This document shows, one piece after another, positions 11,643 through 23,605 of a stretch of DNA of 35,382 nt. The DNA comes from Nemertoderma westbladi (Eukaryota > Animalia > Xenacoelomorpha): the NCBI GenBank assembly GCA_032718475.1, contig JAUCBJ010002922.1, forward strand, positions 1 to 35,382. The letters run 5' to 3'. Under the pieces are notes generated by a model. The model worked only from the letters and a program-made list of their open reading frames with translations. It did no database searches and was not told where the DNA came from. Every line of letters starts with the position of its first letter. Within the stretch, counting starts at the first letter, position 1. The translations under genes were made by a program, and so were the position numbers.

Positions 11643-13090
11643 GTGTATGATACGTGTGGGATATCCGTTTTTTGTTAGAGAGTTTTTGTATGTATCGAGT
11701 TGTTGGTCTAGACTTCCGTCAGTACATAGGGATTTACAAGTAAACGCTAGAGTCGTAGCGATTCCTTTCTTTATACGTGGGTGGTGATTGCTGGCATAAT
11801 TTAGATATCGTTGAGAATGTGTTGGTTTTTTGTATATTGTGCTGGAAAACTTTGTTTCATTTTGAGTTATTAGGGTGCTTAAAAAAGGTAATTTATTGTT
11901 GTTATCAGACTGTTCTACTGTGAATTGTGTATGTGGGTTGATTGAGTTAAGTTTAGTGAGTAGGGAGTCTACTTCTTCTAAGGGCACTAAAGACCAAATG
12001 TCGTCGACATATCTAAACCAATGAGATGGGAGAAATCCTTGGTCTCTGGCAGTTTGTTCTAAGTCGAACATGTATAGGTTAGCTAGAATGGCACTAATGG
12101 GGGCACCCATTGGTAGTCCTGTGATTTGGACGTAAATTATTCCATTATATTCAAATGCAGATTGTGATAATACTACATTTAAAATGTCCTCAAATGCTTC
12201 TACTGTAATACCTGTGCGTTCTTGGAAATCTGGGTCTTTTCGTACTCTATCTACTGCAGCTTTACGTGCTAAGTCAATGGGGATGGTGGGGTACATGTTT
12301 ATTACGTCGAATGAAACCTGGATGTCATTTTTGCCTGCAATAAGTTAACCTATATATTTAATAAATTCCTTAGAGTTACGGAGGAATGACTGTCCTTCTG
12401 ACATGTAAGGGCGAAGACAACTAGCAATAAATTTACTACAATTGTAAGAGGGGGCGGGGCACCTATGTATTATACAACTGTTTTTCTTCAGGCGTAAGGT
12501 TCTGTTGTATAGGTTTGTATAAATATTGCTTTAAAATGTTTTAATGCTTCTACTCTGAACGCAATACCTTTTGTATCCTGCAAAACAAAACCAGCAAATT
12601 CCAGAGAAGTTATGAAATCATTAACCGGTAATCTGTCGTAAGTTGGAATGAAATTAAGACCTAATTCTAGAATACGATGCTCATTATTAGTAAGGTTGTA
12701 ATTACTTAAATTGGTTGCAGTATTTACTTGGGTTATCGTGTATGTGGATGATGGGTTCCCTTGTTTAAACCTAAGCCAATTCAATTTATCTTTGGCTTTA
12801 TTTAAATGGGATTGAACACAATTATTACAATAAGTATTAATTGTATTAGACATGTGATCGAACATATCATTATTTAAATATCCATGTTTCAAAGCACGAG
12901 ATATATTTAAAATATTATCGTATATTTCCTTTAGAGCTTCTCTGTTCTTTTTTAGAGCTTTTTGGATTTCATGACATTCACCTAATAATGTGAACTTATT
13001 TTTAATACCTTTTGGGCCGGTTATGTTGAAAGATTGGGGGGTAATGTTTTCACGTCGACATTATTCTAAGAAAAATACGGACTTGGTACA
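11643..13090 (-). pseudogene. Penelope N-terminal region and reverse transcriptase (disrupted)
   Basis: ORFs 11616-12296 and 12488-12892 plus intervening fragments; stop and deletion near 12345-12490. Confidence 0.88.
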
Positions 13091-13116
13091 TTGTGAATTG
13101 TGAATTGTACATTGTG

Positions 13117-13607
13117 AATAAAATAGTAGCATTTATTAATTTAGGATATGACATATTAGTATTTATTAATTTAGGATATGACATATTAGCATTTATTAAT
13201 TTAGGATAAGAAACTATTAGTTTTCATAATGCATAAAATTTAGTTAAAAATACATACTGTATAACTCTTCATGCTTCATCAACTTTATATTGTACATACA
13301 ATACAATTATAACAGACCTAATCATATTAGATTTATCATACAGTTCTACAGTTACCGTGTCATTACTGCTATAGACCTACACTGTGCTCGTAGTCAGAAT
13401 TCGGAATGCCTAAGTATCGCTATATTAATATTACAATTACTGTATTTACATCTGAATGTCATTAATCATACTTATGTGTTTCCCTTTCTATTATATTGTA
13501 CCCTTATCATTAGTATTTTGTTAACCTACCTATATCTGATGAAGCACCGCCAGTCGGTACGAAATATATTATAATACTGTTATAATCTCGCAACAAATTT
13601 AATTATA
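13117..13607 (+). repeat. Penelope pseudo-LTR (inverted 5' copy)
   Basis: Near-identical inverted copy of 8565-9092; the ORF track shows the same spurious peptide on both. Confidence 0.9.
13536..13564 (+). ncRNA. Hammerhead ribozyme-like core in the inverted pLTR
   Basis: Same core, ctgatgaagcaccgccagtcggtacgaaa, on the + strand. Confidence 0.5.
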
Positions 13608-15134
13608 GTTATAAATAGTATTAAATTTTATTAACTAAAAATTTCAAGAAGTTGTCGGCTACTTTTATGCAGGGTGGCTATGTAGACACCAACAGACATT
13701 TTCAGACTAGTTACTCAAAAATTGTAGAAGTAGTAGGGTTTTGAAGTTGACAATTTCCCAAAAAAATATTTGGAGATAATAGAACTGAAAGAGCTATGAT
13801 GTACCCCCCCCCCCCACCCCCCCCCCCCCCCCCCCTCCCCCACTTAAACAAATCACCCGCCGCGGTTGTAAATGGACAAAATTTGCAAAAACACGTATTG
13901 ACATGATCCAGTAGGTCAGTTATTCTGGGTCATTGATCAAGAAACTTACCACCTTATGTTTTGTTACTGGTTGGTTATTTTATACAGTGTTATTGATAGT
14001 TACTGCAAATCACATTGAATTAAACATTTTATATACATACATTGATTGAACAGTTATTTTATAATTGAAATAATTACACATTAGAGATGCACAACAGAAA
14101 CAATAATTATTAATTTTAATTTAGATACAACGGGCACGCTTAAAGCACAGAAGCTGGGTTACATTGGTTACGGTTACACAAGCATACAGTAAGCACAATA
14201 ATGACGATACTATTTAATTGTATTTTGTTTTTATTTAAATAATTTAATATTTAAAGAACGAAATCTTTATGATTAAAAAAAAATATATATAGTATATATA
14301 TAATGGATTACTTCGGATAGTTTGCATTTATACAAAAATAAAATGAAGTAAAAAAAACGGGGTCAAAACTGATAAAATATAACACAAATCAATAATATTT
14401 AAGCATTAAGCATACGGTTCTGAAAGATAAACTCTTTATACCGCTCCAAAATCGGCATGGAATAGAATCCTAAAATAGGTTAAATTTTACTCGTACAGCT
14501 TTTTGTTCGAGGAGTTTTAGATATATTATTGGGAAAGATTGCACTATAATACGGTAAGACATACAGTTCAATTAATTTATAATAATTTTATTGCTGAACT
14601 GAAGTAATATTTTATTTAGACCTCTTGATAAACTTTGCAAAGTACGTAAGGTTGGCGATTCATACATGCAGATAATATTAAATAAAATAAAATAATATTA
14701 AACATTCAAAGTCAATATGATAGCGAATATTCCGCGCTCTGAAAATTATTTATTGTTACTTAATAATCACAGTTTCGTAAATTCGAAGAACAAAATCTAC
14801 CGTTGAACCACACAAAGACAACAACACCTGCCACTACCATACCCACCCACCCAGTCTAACCACCCACACCCTCTCCCCACTCCATCTCTACGATACCAAG
14901 TCCAAGCCCCACCCCCTCACCACCACTACCATATCCAGTCAGTCCAACTGCCACCCCTTCTCTCAGCTACCATACCCAGTCCAACACCCCCACCACCACC
15001 ACCTATTATCCCCCACCCCATCACCCCACCCATCTTCTTGCTACGCCTTCTCTCTCACCCTCACCCTCACACCCCCCCCCCCCCCCCCCTTCTCCTTGTG
15101 GGTGGTTTTCCATCAATCATCTCGCTCCCCACCC

Positions 15135-16103
15135 TTATCCACCACCCTCCCCCTGCTTCCCCTTGTCCCCATTCCCCTTGCCGCCCTTCACTCTTATTTT
15201 AAACACCTTTGACGCTGTCCTGCTGTTCAGGTTTTTTGGCCCTATGAAGCTGCAATTAACATACACCTTACCGTCTGTTAGCCCAACATTTATCTGCACA
15301 GCGACCAGTGGTAACTCTTTCTCGTCGGCGTCTTCCTTAGTAAAGTTAAGAAACGGATATAATTCCGTCTGGATTTTTCGGCTTTCTGGGTAGTACTTGA
15401 ACGTAGCGTTGGCATCCGTGTTTTTATTACTCGGGCACTCTTCGCTCTTACAGACCTCGCAGTTCAATTCGATGGCACTTTCGGGTGTGTAGTTGTAGAC
15501 ACGGTTGAGCCGCATGTAGAAGCATGGCTCAGATCCATCGAAGCCGAAATTGTTTCCCTTTCCGTTGTTGCATGTCGGACCAAAATCATTCTTGATTGTG
15601 CCGTAAGCATCGAACATCCGATTTATTTGCGCAACGTATTTGCTGTACGTTTCAGGGTCGTTAGGATCGTAATCGATGTGGATATCGGCAAACGCGACCA
15701 CCTCACGCGGGGTCACATTCATCCCCGGGCTCGACAAATACTGCATGTCGTAGGGGTAGTCATTGGGTAGTAGACCTTCCGCCGCCATGTAGAGACCGTA
15801 CCAGAAACCTGACAGACACCCGTAGAAGACGATATAGAACAGACCGATACCTCTCCAACTGTAGCAGTCTCTACCCATCGCTTGCTGAGTTTCCGGGTCC
15901 CAACAGAACCTTCGAAATTTCAAACATTCCAGGCCAACTTTTTCCTTAAAATTTTTCGGTTCTGGTTCTTTAGTGCGTAGGTGTAAGGGTAAGATGGGTG
16001 TTGGCTCTCGTTCATTGCACATTACAGGCAGTCTCACAGACCCTCTCACAGACCCTCTCACAGACCCTCTCACAGACCCTCTCACAGAGCTTCTCACAGA
16101 CAT
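15135..16103 (-). CDS. Na+/K+-ATPase beta subunit-like protein, intronless
   Basis: FCWDPETQQAMGRDCYSW..IGLFYIVFYGCLSGFW (N-terminus and TM), SPG, FGFDGSEPCFYMRLNRVYNYTP, LYPF, PLVAVQ motifs of the X,K-ATPase beta family; alternative start ATG at 16022. Confidence 0.88.
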   Translation of the reverse strand: MSVRSSVRGSVRGSVRGSVRGSVRLPVMCNEREPTPILPLHLRTKEPEPKNFKEKVGLECLKFRRFCWDPETQQAMGRDCYSWRGIGLFYIVFYGCLSGFWYGLYMAAEGLLPNDYPYDMQYLSSPGMNVTPREVVAFADIHIDYDPNDPETYSKYVAQINRMFDAYGTIKNDFGPTCNNGKGNNFGFDGSEPCFYMRLNRVYNYTPESAIELNCEVCKSEECPSNKNTDANATFKYYPESRKIQTELYPFLNFTKEDADEKELPLVAVQINVGLTDGKVYVNCSFIGPKNLNSRTASKVFKIRVKGGKGNGDKGKQGEGGG

Positions 16104-16243
16104 GTTCTCATTTATTAGTATAAGTTTTCGCTAGTCCTATTCCTATCGCCTATGCGATGTGGTTTGAGCTTCGCGGACCTCCCGTGAGTTAGAATATAGA
16201 TAGACACCAGTACTCGAACAGTGCGATATTAAAGTCAAGGAGA

Positions 16244-16845
16244 GGTACTACTTCGCCCTGTCGACACCCCCTGCCTGGTTGCACCACTGCACTATAATGT
16301 GAATAATATATGTTTAATGTAAAATGTATTAATGCTGAATAACTTGTACACGCCGCGAAAGACGTCTTTCCATCTACGTCACTATATTAGACTGCATTAT
16401 AACGACACCCCCAGGACTTAGTACTGATATACTGACTTCCATAATGGTGTTCTTGTAAGATGTGTTAACTTTCGTTATTTGTTTTGGTTCCCCCAACTCG
16501 CCTCTGTAACCAGATCCTTTACTAATCTGCCGACATGTGACAAGCGGCACTAGTATAGTATCTATGTCCAAATTTTGGATTTTGTTTTTTTCTTTTTCTT
16601 TGTTTTTATAATTTTTTTGATTATTTCAAAATATAATAACTAGTAAAAAAGAAAATAAAAAACACTAGCTACCTTAATAAATAATATCTGCTAATGTTCT
16701 AGAACTCTTGCCAATAACAAAAATCTAGCTTCCATAAAAAATATCTACTAATGTCCGAGGACATTCACCAATTCCAATGTCAAAAAAAACACAAAAAATG
16801 ACTGGTAAAAATTGGCTGTGGGTGTCGACAGGGCGAAGTTGTACC
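16244..16845. mobile_element. MITE, probably Merlin-type
   Basis: 26-bp TIR GGTAC(T/A)ACTTCGCCCTGTCGACACCC; 8-bp flanks CAAGGAGA/CAAGGATA (TSD with one mismatch); GG termini plus 8-bp TSD fit Merlin. Confidence 0.75.
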
Positions 16846-17337
16846 CAAGGATAGGCAAAATAATCGTATTGAGTCCAACAGTCAGTCGTTTATATACCGT
16901 AGCGCGCGTTCTCGCAATAACTGGCAGGTTTCACCTGAACCCCAGAACCATATGTCACTACTGCTGTTTATATCGATACCGGTAATTTACTTTCTGTTTT
17001 TTGGTGAAGGATTATTACTCTACTACACAGAATTCTGGAACATTTTAGTTATCTTTTAAGTTGCTGGACAACTAACAATGCAATACCGATATAAATTTAC
17101 CGTAATTATTTTTAGCGTTTACTTATTTTAATTATGCATCTGTACTATATACACCATCTCCCTGAATACAACAACCATTTATAGGGGGTCGGAGCCCCCC
17201 CCCCCCACCCCCCCCCCTAATTATTTATTGGTATGATGATAGATCGACACCTTTTCTTACAGCTGGCCTACCCGGATTTTTAAATTTCTCACTTGTTTCC
17301 ATACAACAAGCCCTTAAATATTGTATATTTAGCTTTA

Positions 17338-17764
17338 TTTTTTGTCTTTGGAATGTAATCTAGATATCATTAGAACCGCCTTCATCTGCAGATTCCGAAT
17401 CAGTAAACCGTTTTAAATTCAACCTAAAATTGTCAAAGATATTATCAAAATACTAAAGTGCAAATTTTGAGACGTAATCGCTATAATTCTAATGTTTTTT
17501 TGCCTTTATTCTAGAATATTAATTATTATTGAGCTTTTAAAACTCGACATATTGTTTTTTCTTTATGCATTTTGTAATTAATATTCTAGAATTGAGTAAA
17601 GAAACGTTAGAATTATATCGATTTACGTGTCAAAATGTATCCCTTTGAATATTGATAATATCTCCGGAAGTTATTGGTGTCATTTTAAACGGTTTTCTGA
17701 TTCTGAATCTCTGCAGGCGAAGGCGGTTCTAATTATATTTAGATTTCAATCCAAAGACGAAAAA
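17338..17764. mobile_element. Degenerate palindromic (foldback) MITE
   Basis: Arms tctttgga..ttagaaccgccttc..tgcaga..gaatcag..aaaccgttt and their reverse complement at 17685-17760. Confidence 0.65.
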
Positions 17765-18019
17765 GGGGGGGGGGGGGGGGGTGTGTCACTGAATTAGGAC
17801 ACTATATTCTGAGACATGGTGTAATATAGTGTCATTTTCTGATGACATGGACCCCCCCCCCCCCCCCCCCCCCCCCAAAAAAAAAGAACAAATTTTTCTA
17901 TAAATCTTTATCATATTGCTTAAAATTTGAAACACAACTAGTTAAATTCACCGTCGATGTCCGCTTGGTGGCAGAATTTTTGATTTTGAATTTATACTCT
18001 TTATGAGCGTTGGAATTTA

Positions 18020-19200
18020 TTAAATAATATATAATAATAATATATGAAATTTGTAAAGCGCACTTTCTATTGTAACCTAATGTTATAATAGTTCAAATAC
18101 GCTGCAGCCCGATTCATGGAAATGCCTTGTTAAATAATTGTGTTTCTAATTCCTTTTTGTAGACTGCAAGTGAGTTCTCCATGCGAAGACTGCGTGGTAA
18201 ACTAGTGGGTGCAGCATAAGAAAACGCACGTTCACCGAACGACTTGTAGTCATGGTATGATAAAAGTCTTTGAATTTTCTATGAGTAATGCTAGTTTATA
18301 CTCGATCCTGTATCGGACAGGTACCCATCGCAGTTCCCGTAATAGATGAGTTACGTGGCTTCTCGCTGGCTTTCTCAACACGAGACGGGCACAGCTGTTT
18401 AATATTATCCGGTATACCATAAGTAGCAGTATCAGCGCTGTGATTAATCTCACAGTTTGTGCCTCACTCAGATATTACCAGATCATATAGAGATTTTGCA
18501 ATGGGTAGTTCAGAGATTTGACAACTGTTAACACATGTTTCTCCATATTTATTTTATTATCGAAGAAGCAACCCTGAGTCTTCAAATTGTCCACTGGACA
18601 AACAACCTTGTTTCCAAAAAGGAGTTTCGGCAACACGCCAGTATCTATTTTGTGGAAAAGTGGTTTGTGATCAACATAAAAAGTCTGTCTTGTCACTATT
18701 TAGTATCAAGTGTGAATGAGTCATCCAGTTTTCAAGTCATTAATCTCTGTAGTAGTAGTGCTTAATTCATCATCATCAAATATGAAGTAGAGCTGGTTAT
18801 CATCTGCGTAAATATGAAAGTTTAGAACCAAGATCAATGCAGAGTTCCGCTAAAGGAAGAATGTAGACAAGGTAGTGCAACGGTCCCATCAATGATCCCT
18901 GAGGCAATCCTGTCTCAAGACGCATCAACCGAGAACTCACGCCGTTAATTACAACCCAATAAACTCTATTGGATAAATAACCCTTAAACCAGTCCTGTGC
19001 AAGTCCGCGGATGCCGACATTCTCGAAGCACTGTAACATTCGACTGTATTCCACAGTATCGAATGCTGCCGACTGATCAAGTAGCACTAGCGCGACCATT
19101 TTCTTATTGTCTAGAGCTGTGAGTATGTCATTATGAATTTGTGTAAGGGCAGTCCCTGTGGAGTGAAATTTTCGATATCCCGACATATACTTTGGCAATG
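18020..19200 (-). mobile_element. 5'-truncated, decayed L2/CR1-group LINE
   Basis: HSTGTAL..NDIL..LLDQSAAFDTV, GLPQGSLMGP, YADD (18799-18810, shifted frame), HVTHLLRELRWVPV; 3' tail gcgctttacaaat followed by (ATT)n-like sequence. Confidence 0.88.
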
Positions 19201-19631
19201 TTAAGACCAGGACTGTAACATTTATTTCGCGTCTAAAATATTTTTAAAAATACATAATAAAGCCTTACATGGCGCAGCTGATGAGCCATTGACTCCGACA
19301 CAGTAATACCTGTTATTAATATAGATGAACACTTGCCTTGCCAATGGGAAAATGTAGATAGAATTTGAATATTTGTAGATTGAATTTATATTGTTTTTTT
19401 GGCATAACAAACATTGTTTATTATTAATATAAAATATTTTTTGTATGGGGGGGGGGGGGGGGGGGGGGCATACTTTAATACTTTATGAACGCCCCCTCCC
19501 CTATTGTAATTTTTTACACTGAACTTAACATATGTAACGGACATAGATGTATAGATAACCAGTGACATTAATTAATATTAATTAATAATTATGCGGTGTG
19601 ATAAACGTAATTTTCAAATTAACTTTTAAAG

Positions 19632-19873
19632 GTAAGACATTGTTAGCCCGGGCTGTCGCATCGCAACTGGATGCCAACTTTCTTAAAGTCGTGAGTTCCG
19701 CAATCGTAGACAAATACATCGGAGAATCGGCGAGAATAATTCGGGAAATGTTTGCCTACGCCAAGGATCACGAGCCATGTGTAATATTTATGGATGAAAT
19801 TGACGCAATAGGGGGGCGGCGGTTCAGTGAAGGGACGTCTGCTGATAGGGAAATACAGAGGACATTGATGGAG
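19632..19873 (+). CDS. PSMC6: PSMC6/Rpt4 internal exon D (end of Walker A, Walker B)
   Basis: ttttaaag acceptor; G+GT completes GPPGTGKT across a 15.8-kb intron; ...[30 protein letters not shown], then GTGAGT donor. Confidence 0.95.
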
Positions 19874-22445
19874 GTGAGTGGGTTCATAGATACAGAGGAC
19901 ATTGATGGAGGTGAGTGGGTTGTGGGTTCATAGATACAGAGGACATTGATGGGGGTGAGTGGAGTCATAGATACAGAGGACATTGATGTAGGTGAGTTGG
20001 TTGTGGGTTCATAGATACAGAGGACATTGATGGAGGTGAGTGGGTTGTGGGTTCATAGATACAGAGGACATTGATGGGGGTGAGTGGAGTCATAGATACA
20101 GAGGACATTGATGGGGGTGAGTGGAGTCATAGATACAGAGGACATTGATGGGGGTGAGTGGGTTCATAGATACAGAGGACATTGATTTAGGTGAGTTGGT
20201 TGTGGGTTCATAGATACAGAGGACATTGATGGAGGTGAGTGGAGTTCATAGATACAGAGGACATTGATGTAGGTGAGTTGGTTGTGGGTTCATAGATACA
20301 GAGGACATTGATGGAGGTGAGTGGGTTGTGGGTTCATAGATACAGAGGACATTGATGGGGGTGAGTGGAGTCATAGATACAGAGGACATTGATGTAGGTG
20401 AGTTGGTTGTGGGTTCATAGATACAGAGGACATTGATGGAGGTGAGTGGGTTGTGGGTTCATAGATACAGAGGACATTGATGGGGGTGAGTGGAGTCATA
20501 GATACAGAGGACATTGATGGGGGTGAGTGGGTTCATAGATACAGAGGACATTGATTTAGGTGAGTGGGTTCATAGATACAGAGGACATTGATGGAGGTGA
20601 GTGGGTTCATAGATACAGAGGACATTGATGGAGGTGAGTGGTTGTGGGTTCATAGATACAGAGGACATTGATGGAGGTGAGTGGGTTCATAGATACAGAG
20701 GACATTGATGTAGGTGAGTTGGTTGTGGGTTCATAGATACAGAGGACATTGATGGAGGTGAGTGGGTTGTGGGTTCATAGATACAGAGGACATTGATGGG
20801 GTGAGTGGGTCATAGATACAGAGGACATTGATGGGGGTGAGTGGGTTCATAGATACAGAGGACATTGATGTAGGTGAGTTGGTTGTGGGTTCATAGATAC
20901 AGAGGACATTGATGGGGTGAGTGGGTCATAGATACAGAGGACATTGATGTAGGTGAGTTGGTTGTGGGTTCATAGATACAGAGGACATTGATGGAGGTGA
21001 GTGGGTTGTGGGTTCATAGATACAGAGGACATTGATGGGGGTGAGTGGAGTCATAGATACAGAGGACATTGATGTAGGTGAGGTGGTTGTGGGTTCATAG
21101 ATACAGAGGACATTGATGGAGGTGAGTGGGTTGTGGGTTCATAGATACAGAGGACATTGATGGGGGTGAGTGGAGTCATAGATACAGAGGACATTGATGG
21201 GGGTGAGTGGGTTCATAGATACAGAGGACATTGATTTAGGTGAGTGGGTTCATATATACAGAGGACATTGATGGAGGTGAGTGGGTTAATATATACAGAG
21301 GACATTGATGGAGGTGAGTGGGTTGTGGGTTCATAGATACAGAGGACATTGATGGGGGTGAGTGGAGTCATAGATACAGAGGACATTGATGTAGGTGAGT
21401 TGGTTGTGGGTTCATAGATACAGAGGACATTGATGGAGGTGAGTGGGTTGTGGGTTCATAGATACAGAGGACATTGATGGGGGTGAGTGGAGTCATAGAT
21501 ACAGAGGACATTGATGGGGGTGAGTGGGTTCATAGATACAGAGGACATTGATTTAGGTGAGTTGGTTGTGGGTTCATAGATACAGAGGACATTGATGGAG
21601 GTGAGTGGGTTCATAGATACAGAGGACATTGATGTAGGTGAGTTGGTTGTGGGTTCATAGATACAGAGGACATTGATGGAGGTGAGTGGGTTGTGGGTTC
21701 ATAGATACAGAGGACATTGATGGGGGTGAGTGGAGTCATAGATACAGAGGACATTGATGGGGGTGAGTGGGTTCATAGATACAGAGGACATTGATGTAGG
21801 TGAGTGGGTTCATAGATACAGAGGACATTGATGGAGGTGAGTTGGTTGTGGGTTCATAGATACAGAGGACATTGATGGAGGTGAGTTGGTTGTGGGTTCA
21901 TAGATACAGAGGACATTGATGGAGGTGAGTGGGTTGCGGGTTCATAGATACAGTGGACATTGATGGGGGTGAGTGGAGTCATAGATACAGAGGACATTGA
22001 TGGGGGTGAGTGGGTTCATAGATACAGAGGACATTGATTTAGGTGAGTGGGTTCATATATACAGAGGACATTGATGGAGGTGAGTGGGTTAATATATACA
22101 GAGGACATTGATGGAGGTGAGTGGGTTGTGGGTTCATAGATACAGAGGACATTGATGGGGGTGAGTGGAGTCATAGATACAGAGGACATTGATGGGGGTG
22201 AGTGGGTTCATAGATACAGAGGACATTGATTTAGGTGAGTGGGTTCATATATACAGAGGACATTGATGGAGGTGAGTGGGTTCATAGATACAGAGGACAT
22301 TGATGGAGGTGAGTTGGTTGTGGGTTCATAGATATAGAGGGCATTGATGGGGGTGAGTGGGTTAATAGATACAGAGGACATTGATTTAGGTGAGTTGGTT
22401 GTGGGTTCATAGATACAGAGGACATTGATTTAGGTGAGTTGGTGA
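19853..22445 (+). repeat. 37/44-bp minisatellite made of the last 21 nt of PSMC6 exon D plus its 5' splice site, about 60-65 copies
   Basis: Unit ATACAGAGGACATTGATGGAG|GTGAGTGGG(TTGTGGG)TTCATAG; the first copy is the real exon-intron junction. Confidence 0.95.
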
Positions 22446-22446
22446 G

Positions 22447-22725
22447 TTTCCACACACAATCAGTTTTATTTCCACACTCAATCACTTTTATTTCCACACT
22501 CAATCACTTTTATTTCCACACTCAATCACTTTTATTTCCACACTCAATCACTTTTATTTCCACACTCAATCACTTTTATTTCCACACTCAATCACTTTTA
22601 TTTCCACACTCAATCACTTTTATTTCCACACTCAATCACTTTTATTTCCACACTCAATCACTTTTATTTCCACACTCAAACACTTTTATTTCCACACTCA
22701 ATCACTTTATTTCCACACTCAATCA
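22447..22725. repeat. 22-bp tandem repeat (tttccacactcaatcactttta), about 12 copies
   Basis: Directly visible; explains the 22-aa periodic ORF 22439-22813. Confidence 0.93.
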
Positions 22726-22859
22726 CATATTTTCCCTATCAAAAAATGAATCACTACGAACCTTTGTTTTATTATTCCCAACCACCAGTCACCACCCTAA
22801 GTTCACAAATTAAACTCAACTTTATTTTAGTAAACTATTCTATCCCGTTTTATTAAGCT

Positions 22860-23405
22860 CTACAGTTTTCGTAGTCGTTCTGCCGCCATTTCTGCAGTGA
22901 CGTCACGCTGCGCCATCGCCAACATCTCATATCCGACCATGTGCTTCTTAACTGTCGCTGAACGCAGCAGAGGTGGGTAGTAATGCGCGTGTAGTTGCCA
23001 ATGGCGACAGTCTGCGTCGATGTAGGATCCAGTGGGGGCTCCGTGCCAGCCCATGGAGTAAGGCATTGCCGAATCGAATAATTTATTATATTTTACCAGT
23101 AAAGTTTGAATCACCGCCGCCAAATCCTTTCGCTCCTCCTCATTCAATTCTGTTATCCTTTGGACATGTCTAACAGCTATCACCATGGTTTCAAAGGGCC
23201 ATGTTGCCCAATAAGGGACTACAACCATCCAATAGGGAGTGTTTATAACAACTCTCTCGCATTTTTCCCTTTCCTGCTCTAAGTAACCAATCAGCATCGG
23301 TTTCCCATGGCGATTCCAGAATTCCCGTTGATTTCTGTGTTCCATGTCGGCCTCGCTAGGAAGTAACTGGAGTCCCTCGTTACCCCCATAGTTACTCGCC
23401 CATAT
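22860..23405 (-). CDS. GALT: GALT exon 3
   Basis: ttccgcag acceptor; IWASNY...VVPYWATWPFET...PYSMGWHGAPTG...WQLHAHYYPPLLRSATVKKHMVGYEMLA...TAG; spliced product 384 aa. Confidence 0.93.
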   Translation of the reverse strand: MWASNYGGNEGLQLLPSEADMEHRNQREFWNRHGKPMLIGYLEQEREKCERVVINTPYWMVVVPYWATWPFETMVIAVRHVQRITELNEEERKDLAAVIQTLLVKYNKLFDSAMPYSMGWHGAPTGSYIDADCRHWQLHAHYYPPLLRSATVKKHMVGYEMLAMAQRDVTAEMAAERLRKL

Positions 23406-23605
23406 CTGCGGAAATATTTAAAATTGAAAAATTTTAATTTTATGCATGTTGGCTTTTTATATACTCCATTATATAAAATTAGCACACGTGTAGTTTTAGT
23501 CACAGACACACACCACACGTAAGGCTATGTATTATTAGCAAAGGTAGTAGCAAAGAATGTGTGGGTGGGTCATCTGCCTGTGGGTCTTATCTACGGGACT
23601 CGTAC

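Larger units (their letters stand above)
8565..13607 (-). mobile_element. Penelope-like retroelement with inverted pseudo-LTRs, interrupted by a nested insertion
   Basis: N-terminal NLSNYNLT..ILELGLNFIP; RT motifs SFDVINMYPTIP, GLPMGAPIS, WFRYVDD, LPFL, NGYP; GIY-YIG endonuclease; flanked by ~0.5-kb inverted repeats. Confidence 0.92.

Noticed and set aside
8633-13574. Twin MYIQYNYN... ORFs at 8633-8890 and 13290-13574
   Set aside because: Identical only because they lie in the inverted pLTRs; non-ATG starts and no recognisable domain
22439-22813. 124-aa periodic ORF
   Set aside because: Translation of the 22-bp tandem repeat
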